Notes under the pieces: generated by a model | The model's database searches: none | What the model was told of the DNA's origin: nothing | What the model saw: the letters and a program-made list of their open reading frames with translations, nothing else | Program-made: the position numbers and the translations under genes | From: Candidatus Iainarchaeum sp. | Lineage (GTDB): Archaea; Iainarchaeota; Iainarchaeia; Iainarchaeales; GCA-2688035 | Assembly: GCA_002688035.1 (NCBI GenBank) | Contig: NZBU01000009.1 | Coordinates: 25,929 to 89,928, forward strand | Length of the DNA stretch: 64,000 nt | Reading direction: 5' to 3' | Shown here: piece by piece, positions 19,475-29,502 of the stretch | How the letters are laid out: each line of letters starts with the position of its first letter | How positions within the stretch are numbered: position 1 is the stretch's first letter

Positions 19475-21427
19475 TTATTCGAAAACAAATTCTTTTAACT
19501 CTTCCAAATTGTCAAGAGAGTTTGCTTTCAGCACTTGGTTTGACAGGGTGTAGAGCACATTTCCAATATACAGGCTGCGCTTTACACTGTAGTCGTCGCC
19601 AAAGTAGTAACCTCTCTTCAGCTCGTCTTCCTCTGTGACATGAGTTATCCTTCCTCTTTCCTCAAAGCCGTTCTCAAGCGTTAACTTGAAAACAAATGCT
19701 CCTTGGAAAACTGGTTCGCCGTAAGCAGGCCAATCTGGATTCCATTCAGGCTTTTTGTAGTCCTCAGGAATCTCTGCCAGCATTATTGGCAGAACCAAGA
19801 GATCCTTTTCCTTGTCATAAAGGAAAGCCTTGTGGTCTCTTAGAGCATAGCTGTCTGTTCCTCTGTCCCCAATAACAATCTTGTGCATCTCCTTGGGGTT
19901 GGCAACATCGCTTACATCAAAGACCGCCATCTTAAGGCCCTGATACCATGCAAAGTCTCCTTTCACAGACTCGATTGCTTCCTTACCCACACCAATCAAA
20001 TGTGTTTCATCAATTGGATGCAGGTAGTCAGAGTAACCTGGAATCTTTAGCTTTCCAAGTACTCTAGGGTTGGTTGGATCGCTCACATCAATTACAAACA
20101 AGGGATCAGCTTTCTTGAAAGTAACCATGTATGCTTTGTTGCCCATGAACCTTGCACTGTAAATGCTTTCTCCAGGAGCCAAATCCTCTAGGCTTCCTAT
20201 AGTGTTCATTTCCTTGTCGAGCACATACAGGTTGTTGTATCCATTCCAGCCAACCGTTGTCGCAATTCTGAAATTGCTGTTAAATTCGTCCATGGAAAAC
20301 TGGTTTAGGATGCGGCCAGGAACGCTTCCCTGTCCAAGAAAACCAATCTTTCCGTTATCCAGTCCGAATTTGTTTATTACTGTGTTCTCTACGTCTCCTA
20401 CTATTATCTCGCTTGCCTCTCTTGCGATAGGAATATCTGTTACAGGTTTCCAGATTGTACCGGCCAGATAAATATTGGTCTGTGAGGCAAAGACATTTTG
20501 TGCATTACCCACAATTGTTTCTTTCTCTGTTTCCGCGGTCTGCAGGTTTATCGAACTTATTGTGATAAAGTTCTGTGCAGGCATTGGCGCTATGTAACCA
20601 ATCTCTGTTGCCTCTGCAACCTTCTTCTCCACGCCATCCTCTCGCATTAGAGGAATGATATCTTTCTCTGCGTCTCCTTCCAAAATTCTGTAGTCAGGCC
20701 AACTTGTGACAACAAAGTATGCGTCATCCTCAATAAGTCTTGAGGAAATATAGTTGCCCTGAAACTCAAGTTCTTTATCAAGAACTGGATTGCTTCGATC
20801 TGAAATATCGTAGAGTTGAACCAGCACGTTAGAACTTCTGCCCCAACAACCAAGGCAGTCTACCATTGATTCTACCGCAATTCCTGGTGCGCCAGTTCTT
20901 TTGTCCTCATACTCGTATGTCCTGTACTTGTTTCCAAACAACAAGAGTTTGTCGCCTGAAATAAACATTTCTATTGGATTGATTTCCTCCAATTTTGTCT
21001 GCGAAGCTATCTTTGCAGTGTTAATTGGATAGGCATCGGTTATAACCAAACTTTTTCTTGTAAGATTGTAGATATATTTTCCATCGCTCTTTACAATATC
21101 TGCTTCATCCACACCCTCAACTTGTACATTGGTCGTGGAGAAATCCGAGCTTCCACCATCCTTGGCTGCTCCAACGGCACTTTCACTCATGGCCATTGGT
21201 GCGCCAAGTGTTCTCATTGTAGTATTCATTATTCCGTACTGTCTGCCTTCTGCTCTTGCTTGCTCAAATGCTGAGACAAGTGCAGCATGGCTATCGAATC
21301 GCGGAATTTCCTTGAATTGAACCCCATCAATTTCTCCGGGTTCTATTCCAAGGAGCATTGAAAAACCAAAGACCGCGACTCCAATTACTATTAGAAGGCC
21401 TAATAATTCTAATCTTGAATTCATCAA
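19475..21427 (-). CDS. Membrane-anchored beta-propeller domain protein
   Basis: STTNVQVEGVDEADIVKSDG, LNQFSMDE, GESIYSARF, DPLFVID, LKIPGYSDYLHP. Confidence 0.9.
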   Translation of the reverse strand: MMNSRLELLGLLIVIGVAVFGFSMLLGIEPGEIDGVQFKEIPRFDSHAALVSAFEQARAEGRQYGIMNTTMRTLGAPMAMSESAVGAAKDGGSSDFSTTNVQVEGVDEADIVKSDGKYIYNLTRKSLVITDAYPINTAKIASQTKLEEINPIEMFISGDKLLLFGNKYRTYEYEDKRTGAPGIAVESMVDCLGCWGRSSNVLVQLYDISDRSNPVLDKELEFQGNYISSRLIEDDAYFVVTSWPDYRILEGDAEKDIIPLMREDGVEKKVAEATEIGYIAPMPAQNFITISSINLQTAETEKETIVGNAQNVFASQTNIYLAGTIWKPVTDIPIAREASEIIVGDVENTVINKFGLDNGKIGFLGQGSVPGRILNQFSMDEFNSNFRIATTVGWNGYNNLYVLDKEMNTIGSLEDLAPGESIYSARFMGNKAYMVTFKKADPLFVIDVSDPTNPRVLGKLKIPGYSDYLHPIDETHLIGVGKEAIESVKGDFAWYQGLKMAVFDVSDVANPKEMHKIVIGDRGTDSYALRDHKAFLYDKEKDLLVLPIMLAEIPEDYKKPEWNPDWPAYGEPVFQGAFVFKLTLENGFEERGRITHVTEEDELKRGYYFGDDYSVKRSLYIGNVLYTLSNQVLKANSLDNLEELKEFVFE

Positions 21428-21513
21428 GTATCACCCGAAACAATTATACGCTCCGGTATTTAAATACTGCTTTTTTTGTTTAGGTGAACACCTAAGGATA
21501 CAAATTAGCGGGC

Positions 21514-21843
21514 CTATATTGACAGGCCTTCCAAATGCCCGTTCCTTCTCAACCATTCTACTTGGTTTCCCAAAAAGCGCCAAACGACATCTGCTTTGCT
21601 TGGCTGGAAATCCCAAAGCTTTACTATTACCAAATCGTTCTGGCGCATCCAAACACGCTTCCTCATTTTTCCAGGGATTCTGCACATTCTCTCTTGGCCG
21701 TCGGCACAGGCAATTCTAATCTGGTTTGAACCATGCAACTGTGCTACAATACCAAACATTTCCCCCTCATCTTCATGCGGGAGCCTAACCCTTGTTATTG
21801 GCGCCTCCGGAGTCTTCTTTTTTTTATGTGATCTTCGCTGCAT
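21514..21843 (-). CDS. eif1a: Translation initiation factor aIF-1A
   Basis: RVRLP, CADGQERMCRIPGKMRKRVW. Confidence 0.95.
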   Translation of the reverse strand: MQRRSHKKKKTPEAPITRVRLPHEDEGEMFGIVAQLHGSNQIRIACADGQERMCRIPGKMRKRVWMRQNDLVIVKLWDFQPSKADVVWRFLGNQVEWLRRNGHLEGLSI

Positions 21844-21845
21844 CT

Positions 21846-22139
21846 TTACACCATCATTATTTGAACATGTTTTATGCCATCTATTTTCATGACTTGTTTT
21901 TCGCTAGCAAGCTTTTCCTCTATTGCCACTCCGACTGCCTTGTTTCCAACAAGATTGATATTGCCGTACTCACGCAACAATGTCTTTAACTCTTCTTTAG
22001 AGATCTCTTCTCCATTATAAAACTTCTCTCTTACCTCAAGTTCTATGTTTTTGTCTTTGAGAGTTTTTCCAATAAGTTCTTTGTCAGCAACTGCCAAAAT
22101 CTCGCGTTCCCCAGCTGCCTTGTGAATCTTGTAAAAAAT
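21846..22139 (-). CDS. DUF424 family protein, apparently with ATT start
   Basis: (I)FYKIHK...EILAVADKELIGK...FYNGE...NLVGNKAV; GGTGA RBS 6 nt before ATT at 22139. Confidence 0.8.
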   Translation of the reverse strand: MFYKIHKAAGEREILAVADKELIGKTLKDKNIELEVREKFYNGEEISKEELKTLLREYGNINLVGNKAVGVAIEEKLASEKQVMKIDGIKHVQIMMV

Positions 22140-22149
22140 AGTTTTTCAC

Positions 22150-22557
22150 CTATAAACCCTTTACTGTTGAAAGGGCACCGCATGCCTCACACTTCAACAT
22201 CTTTACTCCTTGCTTCTCCTTGACTTTGGTGTCAGGGCGGGAGCACTCCGGGCAGAGCACAAACTGTTTGATATAAGTTTGAAGCAAATTGTTTACTTGC
22301 TCCTGCGAAAATTTTCCATTAAGTATAAGTCTGCTTAAATCATCCACGCTTGCTGCTGTAGCTGTTTCCTTTGCAAGAAACTTGAACAAGTGTTTTTCAT
22401 CCCTCTTAATAATCTTGAGTATTGCTCCAAAATTCTTGACAATTGTTTTTGTACCCTGCACAAAAGATTCGGCCTGCGGCATCTCAAAGCGCTCGCGCTT
22501 CTTGGTCTTCTCCGGAAGCGCAGTATACAATCTGTCAAGCATATTTTCATACTTCAT
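22150..22557 (-). CDS. eif2b: Translation initiation factor aIF-2 beta
   Basis: ERFEMP, TIVKNF, CPECSRPDT...CEACGA zinc ribbon. Confidence 0.95.
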   Translation of the reverse strand: MKYENMLDRLYTALPEKTKKRERFEMPQAESFVQGTKTIVKNFGAILKIIKRDEKHLFKFLAKETATAASVDDLSRLILNGKFSQEQVNNLLQTYIKQFVLCPECSRPDTKVKEKQGVKMLKCEACGALSTVKGL

Positions 22558-22653
22558 TTAACACCACTAAAGATAATTCTGGTATTCAAGTATTTTAAAT
22601 GCTTCTATTGCTGTTTGGGGGGAGGGGGTAAGACAAACAATTATTAACAAGTT

Positions 22654-23178
22654 TTGGTTTCTTCCATACTGATGTTTGAACTAGCATGGTTACTTGATTT
22701 TATTTATGGCCGTTATGGGCTGTTAGGCTTGTTTTTTGTAGCATTGGTTGGCAATGCAACAATATTCCTGCCTGCTCCAATCGACTTGTTGGTGTTTGCT
22801 GTTGGTGCTCTAGTAGATAACCCGGTCTTTTTGCTTGCAGTAGTTTTTGTTACTGCTCTTGGAGCAGCATTAGGTGAAATGTCCGCCTATATCCTTGGGC
22901 TTTTGGGTGTGAAAACACTACAGAAAATGAGTGAAAAGCGCGTTGAAAAGATTTTTGAAATAGGTGAGAACCTTGCAAACAAGGGCATTATCATAATTTT
23001 CTTTGGTTCCTTCACTCCCTTTCCCTTTGATTTGATAGGAATTGCGGCAGGCCTTGTTCGCTACGACTACAAAAAATTCTTTGTCGCAGCATTCGCTGGA
23101 AAGCTGGCTCGTTATTTAGTAATAGCTTTTGCAGGTTTTTTGGGTGCAACCTGGGTTAAAGGCTTTTTTTTGATATAA
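22654..23178 (+). CDS. VTT/DedA (YqaA-like) membrane protein
   Basis: IFLPAP, GAALGEMSAYILG, PFPFDLIGIAAG, FAGKLARY. Confidence 0.85.
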   Translation: MVSSILMFELAWLLDFIYGRYGLLGLFFVALVGNATIFLPAPIDLLVFAVGALVDNPVFLLAVVFVTALGAALGEMSAYILGLLGVKTLQKMSEKRVEKIFEIGENLANKGIIIIFFGSFTPFPFDLIGIAAGLVRYDYKKFFVAAFAGKLARYLVIAFAGFLGATWVKGFFLI

Positions 23179-23226
23179 GAAACGTTTAAAAACAGTGAAA
23201 ACAGGAAGTATGTAAGGTGAATAAAA

Positions 23227-23409
23227 ATGCCAAGAAAACCTAAATCCAGTGGTAGTGTTATTAGTACATTGAGACGAAGGATAGGCTTAGCACCTTCTGA
23301 AATTGAGAAAGAGGCTTTGCGAAGATCTCTTGCAGCAGCAAAGCGTAGGTATGAGGCTGCCCAACATGGATCAAAAAGGCGAATTCGTCGAGCAAAAAAA
23401 GTAGCCTAA
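23227..23409 (+). CDS. Small basic hypothetical protein (60 aa)
   Basis: GGTGA RBS upstream, fills the intergenic gap, followed by a T-run. Confidence 0.6.
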   Translation: MPRKPKSSGSVISTLRRRIGLAPSEIEKEALRRSLAAAKRRYEAAQHGSKRRIRRAKKVA

Positions 23410-23415
23410 TTTTTT

Positions 23416-24255
23416 TTAGAAGCCAATCGCTTTTGCAATTACCCACACTACAAGCATTAAGACTGTTTGTGGTGGAAGGGCAGGCAAAGCCTTTCCAACA
23501 TTCTTGCTGCTATAATCAATGGTCCAAAGAAGACCAGCCAGTGAAGCTACAAGGATCATTGCGCCCGGAATCAAATAATTTGGGAAAACAATTCCGGCTA
23601 GCGCGCTTGAATTCATTGCGCTCACAGCAAATGCCAATGGGATCGCCATGTCTCCGGTTCCAAGTTCAAATTGGTGTTCCAGCTTTTTGCTTGGTATGGC
23701 AAAAGTAAAAGAGAGATTCTTGTTGGTAATGCCTTTGGCTAGTGTAACCATATGCTTGGTTTTGAACACTGCGATAAAGTCATATGCTGAAAGAATGATG
23801 ATAAACAATATTATTGGAATAGCTCCAAGTGAAATTCCGATAAGCGGACCGACTGCCGCCACTGCTATTACACTGCTGACGTTTCTCAGCATCACATTCT
23901 TTGGGAAAAGAATTCTAAGTGCAACAAGCAAAGCCGCAAGCATGAAAGCAATTGTAGGGAAGAAAACTCCAAAAGTAATCCAGGATGTTGAGAAGACAAC
24001 TATGGACTCAAGTACTTTGAATAATCCCACGCCCTTAAAGAAATGCAGGAACAAGAGGAACATTGCCGTGAAAACCAAGATATATACAAACAGTCCAACA
24101 GCATTCTCCACATCATTTGGATTATCGGTAACAATACCGCTTTGCTCCAGTTCTCCTGTTTCAATTAGGCCTATGAGATTTGCTGCAACCCCTATTCCAA
24201 GAAGCTGTGTTACAATAAAGAGTGCTCCAAGCTTGAGCAGTAATTCTTTCTCCAT
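23416..24255 (-). CDS. Presenilin/SPP-type GxGD intramembrane aspartyl protease
   Basis: YD (SAYDFIAV), LGTGD and PALP motifs. Confidence 0.92.
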   Translation of the reverse strand: MEKELLLKLGALFIVTQLLGIGVAANLIGLIETGELEQSGIVTDNPNDVENAVGLFVYILVFTAMFLLFLHFFKGVGLFKVLESIVVFSTSWITFGVFFPTIAFMLAALLVALRILFPKNVMLRNVSSVIAVAAVGPLIGISLGAIPIILFIIILSAYDFIAVFKTKHMVTLAKGITNKNLSFTFAIPSKKLEHQFELGTGDMAIPLAFAVSAMNSSALAGIVFPNYLIPGAMILVASLAGLLWTIDYSSKNVGKALPALPPQTVLMLVVWVIAKAIGF

Positions 24256-24288
24256 ATTGAAAACAAAGTAGAACTAGTTAAAAAGGAT

Positions 24289-26403
24289 TTAGCTTCTGTG
24301 AGTTGGCTTTAGGAAGCCGTGCCTTGGCTTATAAATTTCACCTTTCTTCTCAAGCTTGTCAATTATATCGCGGGCTTTATCCTCATCAATGCCCTCGGTC
24401 TTTGCTTCCTCAAGAACTTCCTGTAAAGGCACCATATCTACATCGGCAGCCTTACTCTTTACAATCCCTAGGATCTTCTTCATGTTTGTTATCTGTGTGT
24501 GAGTCTGCCCTGTGGCAATAATATCATAATCAATCTTTCCTGTCTCAGGGTCAGTAACCATATCTTTCAATGATGACCTAACAAGTCTAATTGCACGCGC
24601 CGCATCCTGTGGTTCAACCACATCACTTAGTCTTACTCGCGCCGAAGCCTCACTTAATCGCACGAGTCCTTCCAACTGCCTATGTGTTGCGGCATAACTT
24701 CCTTCATCCCTACCCATGTCCCTGAGTTCCAAGTAAAAGTCGTTTATCGCCTGTGTTGCTTCCATGCTTAGTATAGGGGAAACAGTTTGTCTTGCATATG
24801 AAATATATTTCCTAAGCATATCGGCATCAATTTCAGGGGTTGCAATTTTCTTTAGGGCCTCTTCCTCAGTCTTCTTCATTTTCTTTCCCTTTTTGGAGTA
24901 TTGGGAAATCATTTCCCCTAGTCTATGTGTTTTCAAAATGTGTGAAGAAATCTGCTCATCCTTTGTCCTGTCAAGAACATCTCTAATCATATAAAATAAG
25001 TCAAAGCGACTGATAAGTGTTGGAGGCAATTCTATTTGGGATATGAAAGGAGTGTATGGGTCAAAGCGCGAGAACTTCGGGTTTGCAGCAGCAAGAATAC
25101 TTGTGTCAGACTTGAACCTTGTAACAATTCCGGCTTTTGCAACAGAGACCATTCCCTGCTCCATTGCCTCGTGCAATGCAACTCTATCATCATTGTTCAT
25201 TTTATCTAACTCATCAGCCATACACAGTCCGCCGCTCGCCAAAACTAGTGCACCGGCCTTTAATGTCCAGCCGCCCTCGCCAAAATCGTCTTTGACTGCA
25301 GCCGCAGTCAAACCAACACCACTCGTTGTCCTGCCTGCGGTGTAAATGCTCTTCGGGGCAATACTGTTTGTTGCCTGCAAAATCTGTGATTTACCTGTTC
25401 CAGGATCACCGACAAGTAGAATGTGAACATTTCCTCTGATAGTCTGGTTTCCAGGCAGTTCCTTTTTTACTCCGCCAAACAATTGTAGTACAATGCTTTC
25501 TTTCACAGACTCATGCCCATAAATTGCAGGGGCAATGCTCCCAATAAGCATCTCATAAATCTTTGGGTCTTTGGACAGTTTTCTGATTTCTTTCTCTTCC
25601 TCAGGGAGGACCTCTACTTCCTCAAACTCGCGCTGGGTCTCCTCAACATGTAAGACCTCCAAAAACCTGCCGAAAACAATTTTCTTTCCCTGGGCTGGTG
25701 ACAACCTCAGTATTCCAACAAACCTCACAGTGTTTCCCGCGCTCACCTTGTGCACAAGATCGTCGCCCAAATAAACGTCAAGGTTTGAAGCCTGCTCATT
25801 ACCCTTAAGTTTTTCCAATGGCTCTTGGATTTTTATTTTTTGGTAATCAACAAATTCTGATTGGTTCTGAACAAGAGTAAAATCGCGGTGTCTGCACTCG
25901 CAGAAAGCCGGCTGCTTGAGCTCTTGTCCTTCCTGCGGCGTCTTGTAAGTATTTCCACAGCGTCTGCATTGCCATGTCGCAATTTTTAGTTTTGGAAGTG
26001 CATCAGTTATCTGACTTACCGCGCCCTCAACAGAAATTAGTTTGTTTAAATATTCTGAACCAATGTTTCTAACAAGAATCTCTCGATCCTTTGGAATGTT
26101 GTGGAAGCGAATGTGTGGTGCAAAGCTCTCAATTTCTAGAGCAGGGACTTCAACACTCTGTATTGCGGTTCGTGCAGCCTCAAGCAAATAGTCAGGGTTG
26201 TCAAGCAGCTCATCAGCCAATTCATAGTCAAACTCTTCCAATTCCTTGAAATCAATTTCAAGACTTCTCTTCTTAGGATACTCTGATACGCTACGCTCAA
26301 TGCGTGGTTTGCCAACGCTTTCAAAGAAGGCAAGGAACTTGGCCACATAAGGGTTTTCCTGGGGCTCGCGTTCCCTTTCAATACTTTTTTCATCCTGTTC
26401 CAA
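24289..26403 (-). CDS. mcm: Replicative helicase MCM (no intein)
   Basis: Zn finger CRRC..CEC, GDPGTGKSQ, DELDKM, SRFD; start placed at TTG 26403 after GGTG. Confidence 0.96.
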   Translation of the reverse strand: MEQDEKSIEREREPQENPYVAKFLAFFESVGKPRIERSVSEYPKKRSLEIDFKELEEFDYELADELLDNPDYLLEAARTAIQSVEVPALEIESFAPHIRFHNIPKDREILVRNIGSEYLNKLISVEGAVSQITDALPKLKIATWQCRRCGNTYKTPQEGQELKQPAFCECRHRDFTLVQNQSEFVDYQKIKIQEPLEKLKGNEQASNLDVYLGDDLVHKVSAGNTVRFVGILRLSPAQGKKIVFGRFLEVLHVEETQREFEEVEVLPEEEKEIRKLSKDPKIYEMLIGSIAPAIYGHESVKESIVLQLFGGVKKELPGNQTIRGNVHILLVGDPGTGKSQILQATNSIAPKSIYTAGRTTSGVGLTAAAVKDDFGEGGWTLKAGALVLASGGLCMADELDKMNNDDRVALHEAMEQGMVSVAKAGIVTRFKSDTSILAAANPKFSRFDPYTPFISQIELPPTLISRFDLFYMIRDVLDRTKDEQISSHILKTHRLGEMISQYSKKGKKMKKTEEEALKKIATPEIDADMLRKYISYARQTVSPILSMEATQAINDFYLELRDMGRDEGSYAATHRQLEGLVRLSEASARVRLSDVVEPQDAARAIRLVRSSLKDMVTDPETGKIDYDIIATGQTHTQITNMKKILGIVKSKAADVDMVPLQEVLEEAKTEGIDEDKARDIIDKLEKKGEIYKPRHGFLKPTHRS

Positions 26404-26433
26404 CTTAACACCACTAATAATTGCCGTTTTACT

Positions 26434-26500
26434 GTTTAAAACTGCTTTCGAGAGACAGCGGATTTCCACTGTTCTATGCCCTTGTGCAATTTCCACTGTT
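26434..26500 (-). promoter_or_regulatory. Direct repeat AACAGTGGAAAT x2 (27-bp period) followed by TATA box of mcm
   Basis: Identical 12-mers at 26489-26500 and 26462-26473; TTTTAAAC at 26441-26434. Confidence 0.65.
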
Positions 26501-26695
26501 GTGTTGGGATTTAAAATTTGTGTCGGGGTGTCGGGAAATTTATTCCATATTTATTAAGTCTCGCTTGTTAATAACCCTGTTCAATTAGAAAACCAAACCG
26601 CTGCTCCCTTGCTGGGAAAGAAAAGCGAAACGGTTTTTACATAATTTCTGCAGCGGCAATTGGTTTAAAATGCTTTTTTTGCTCAAAAGATTGTT

Positions 26696-28186
26696 ATGAC
26701 TGGAAAGTTTTACATTACAACTGCAATAGACTACCCTAGTGGAAAGCCGCATTTGGGTCATGCATATGAAAAGGTTTGTGCTGACTGCATTGCACGCTGG
26801 CATCGTTTACTGGGTAAAGAAGTTTTCTTTCTTACCGGGACAGACGAGCATGGCAGCAAGATTGCGAAAAAAGCAAAGGAAGCAGGCAAAGAGCCAGAAA
26901 AATTTGTTGAGGAAATGGTTGTTTTTTTTCGCGAGCTTTGCGAAAAGCTGAACATTTCCAATAACCGCTTTATTCGCACAACAGATGAAGATCACATTAA
27001 GATTTCTCAGGATATTTTTAAGGCAATTCACGACAAGGGAGAAATAACTCTTGGAGAGTACAGTGGCTGGTATTGCAGTGAGTGCGAAACATTTTACACT
27101 GAAAAGGATTTGAAGGAAGGTTGTTGTCCAACTCACGGGCAAAAAGCTGAATGGTTAAGTGAAGAATCCTACTTTTTCAAAATGAGTGCTTATGCCCAAA
27201 AAGTTTTGGATTATTTGGAAAAAAATTCTAGTTCTGTGCTCCCTTCCGGTAAGCGCAAAGAAATTATTAATCGTGTGAAAGACGGCTTACAGGATTTGAG
27301 TGTTAGCAGGGTAAATGTTCCTTGGGGAATTCCTGTTCCAATCAATGATAAGCACACTCAGTATGTTTGGATGGACGCTTTGATTAACTATATTTCAGGA
27401 GTGGGTGTTTCTGCAGGTGGCAAGGGGGACAAACTCTCACACTTTTGGCCTGTTGATGTACATCTTATAGGAAAAGACATTTTGTGGCACCATACTGCGA
27501 TTTGGTATAGTATTCTAATGGCTGCTGATATTCCTTTACCAAAAACTGTTTTCTCCCATGGCTTTATCAATACTGATACTGGGGAGAAGATGAGCAAAAG
27601 CAAGGGAACGGTAATCGATCCAATTGCTCTCGCCGACAAATATAGTGCGGATGTGCTGCGCTACTTCCTTTTGCGAGAAATTCCATTTGGACAGGATGGG
27701 AATTTTAGTGAAGAGCTTCTTACTGACCGCCTTAACAACGAGCTTGCAAACGAACTTGGAAACCTTGTGAACAGAACGATTGTCATGATTGAAAAGTATA
27801 ACAAGGGAGCAGTGCCTAAAGGAGAAGCTGATAAGGGACTGCAGGAAAAGTTGAAGCTTGAGAAAATCAAAGAACAGATGGAGAAACTTGAGTTGCATCA
27901 CGCCCTTTCAGAAGTTTTCGCATTTGTTTCGGCCTGCAACCAATTCATTAACGAGAAGGAGCCCTGGAAGATGGAGGGCGAGGCTCGTGATAATGTGCTT
28001 TACTCTCTTGCAGACTCACTGAGAATTATTGCAATTCTTCTCCAACCATTTATTCCAGAAACAAGCGAAAAGATTAATGCGCAACTTGGAGTGAAGTTGG
28101 GCAGCATTGCAGCCTGTAAGTTCAACAAGCTGAAAGCTGGAACAAAGGTTAAGAAAGCCGAAATTCTGTTTAAGAAGATTGGATAG
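26696..28186 (+). CDS. metG: Methionyl-tRNA synthetase (short form, single Zn knuckle)
   Basis: FYITTAIDY..GKPHLGH, TGTDEHG, CSEC..CPTH, KMSKS. Confidence 0.96.
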   Translation: MTGKFYITTAIDYPSGKPHLGHAYEKVCADCIARWHRLLGKEVFFLTGTDEHGSKIAKKAKEAGKEPEKFVEEMVVFFRELCEKLNISNNRFIRTTDEDHIKISQDIFKAIHDKGEITLGEYSGWYCSECETFYTEKDLKEGCCPTHGQKAEWLSEESYFFKMSAYAQKVLDYLEKNSSSVLPSGKRKEIINRVKDGLQDLSVSRVNVPWGIPVPINDKHTQYVWMDALINYISGVGVSAGGKGDKLSHFWPVDVHLIGKDILWHHTAIWYSILMAADIPLPKTVFSHGFINTDTGEKMSKSKGTVIDPIALADKYSADVLRYFLLREIPFGQDGNFSEELLTDRLNNELANELGNLVNRTIVMIEKYNKGAVPKGEADKGLQEKLKLEKIKEQMEKLELHHALSEVFAFVSACNQFINEKEPWKMEGEARDNVLYSLADSLRIIAILLQPFIPETSEKINAQLGVKLGSIAACKFNKLKAGTKVKKAEILFKKIG

Positions 28187-28600
28187 CTACAGCTTGTCTT
28201 TCACTAGCTTTGCATACTTTTCCAATTCTTCCTGTTCTGCATTGCCTTGTTCCCAAGCAAAGTTCAGCTTGTCGTCTTTGCTTCTTGGAATTATGTGAAA
28301 GTGCACGTGTGGAATTACTTGTCCTGCAACTTCGTTGTTGCTCTGAATAATGTTGAAGCCCTCTGTTCCAGGAATAGTTGTCATTACTGCCGCAGCAATC
28401 TTTTGCACTATCTCCATTACTTCTTTCATTTCCTCATGTGGCATGTCAAGTAGCGTGTGATAGTGTTTTTTTGGAATCACAAGCGCGTGCCCCTTTGAAG
28501 CAGGATTAATGTCCAAAAATGAAAGAACATTACCGCCCTCATAAAGCTTTGTGCTTGGAATTTCCCCCTTACCAATCTTACAAAAAATACAGTCATCCAT
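28187..28600 (-). CDS. HIT family hydrolase
   Basis: DCIFCKI, GHALVIPK, HVHFHIIPR. Confidence 0.94.
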   Translation of the reverse strand: MDDCIFCKIGKGEIPSTKLYEGGNVLSFLDINPASKGHALVIPKKHYHTLLDMPHEEMKEVMEIVQKIAAAVMTTIPGTEGFNIIQSNNEVAGQVIPHVHFHIIPRSKDDKLNFAWEQGNAEQEELEKYAKLVKDKL

Positions 28601-28637
28601 CAAACCACCTCGATAATACTTGTGTCTGGAACTTTTT

Positions 28638-29384
28638 TTAAATAAAAGCCAGGGCAATGTAAGCCAATCCAAACACAATGCAGAAAATAGAGAAGTTTAT
28701 TTTCCTCGCAATGTTAATCAGAAAGTCGATTGAAGCATAACCCACAATTGCCGCAACAGCTATTGCAATCAGCATGTTGGGTTCGAAAGAAATGCCTTCA
28801 ATTGTGGCAAAAACAACTTCCGCCGCAAACACCGAGGGAATACTAAGCAGGAAAGATAACCTAAAAGCCTGTTCTGGATCAAAGTCCTCCATCAAGAGTA
28901 CGGCTGTCGTAATTCCACTTCTGCTTATACCAGGTATTACCGCAATTCCCTGCGCAAGCCCGGTGAGAAAACCATGTCCAACATTCTCCTTTCCCTGTGC
29001 AATCTTTTTCTTGAATTGTATTATACCTATTAGTATAAGTGCGGCTCCAACCAAAAGCATTACTAGAAAGGTGTCACCCATTACTCCCTTGAAAACGAGG
29101 TAGATTGGAATAGCAGTTATAGCTGAACCGATTAATGCTGTTAGAAAGAATTTTAGCAAAGGCTTATCCTTTAGCAACACTATTTCCACGAGCTCTTTGC
29201 GAAAGTACACTGTTGCTGCAATCAAAGTTCCAATATGCAGTGTGATAGCGTGCCTGAACGCTTCTTCCGCTGTAACTCCAAAGAGGCTTAGTGCAGCAAC
29301 CATTACCTGCCCCTGGCTACTTATTGGCAGCCACTCTGTAACGCCCTGTAACAATCCAAGGAACAACGCCTGTATTAAATCCAT
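28638..29384 (-). CDS. uppP: Undecaprenyl-diphosphate phosphatase (BacA family)
   Basis: QGVTEWLPISS, PGISRSG, FRLSFLLSIP. Confidence 0.92.
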   Translation of the reverse strand: MDLIQALFLGLLQGVTEWLPISSQGQVMVAALSLFGVTAEEAFRHAITLHIGTLIAATVYFRKELVEIVLLKDKPLLKFFLTALIGSAITAIPIYLVFKGVMGDTFLVMLLVGAALILIGIIQFKKKIAQGKENVGHGFLTGLAQGIAVIPGISRSGITTAVLLMEDFDPEQAFRLSFLLSIPSVFAAEVVFATIEGISFEPNMLIAIAVAAIVGYASIDFLINIARKINFSIFCIVFGLAYIALAFI

Positions 29385-29502
29385 GTAATTAAAACATTGT
29401 TAGCAGATTAAATACTTTTTCCCTCTATCCATTATTCGTTTCAGAATATTTGTTGCAGAATGTTATTTATTTTAGAATAAGTACTTTTTCTTATGGTGAG
29501 CG

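Noticed and set aside
26404-26496. Extended MCM N-terminus from GTG 26496
   Set aside because: Overlaps the TATA box and repeat elements; TTG 26403 has an RBS-like GGTG
26596-26640. SRP RNA helix 8 (GGGAGCAGC resemblance on the minus strand)
   Set aside because: Lacks the CAGG strand and GNRA loop, and the region is too short for archaeal SRP RNA
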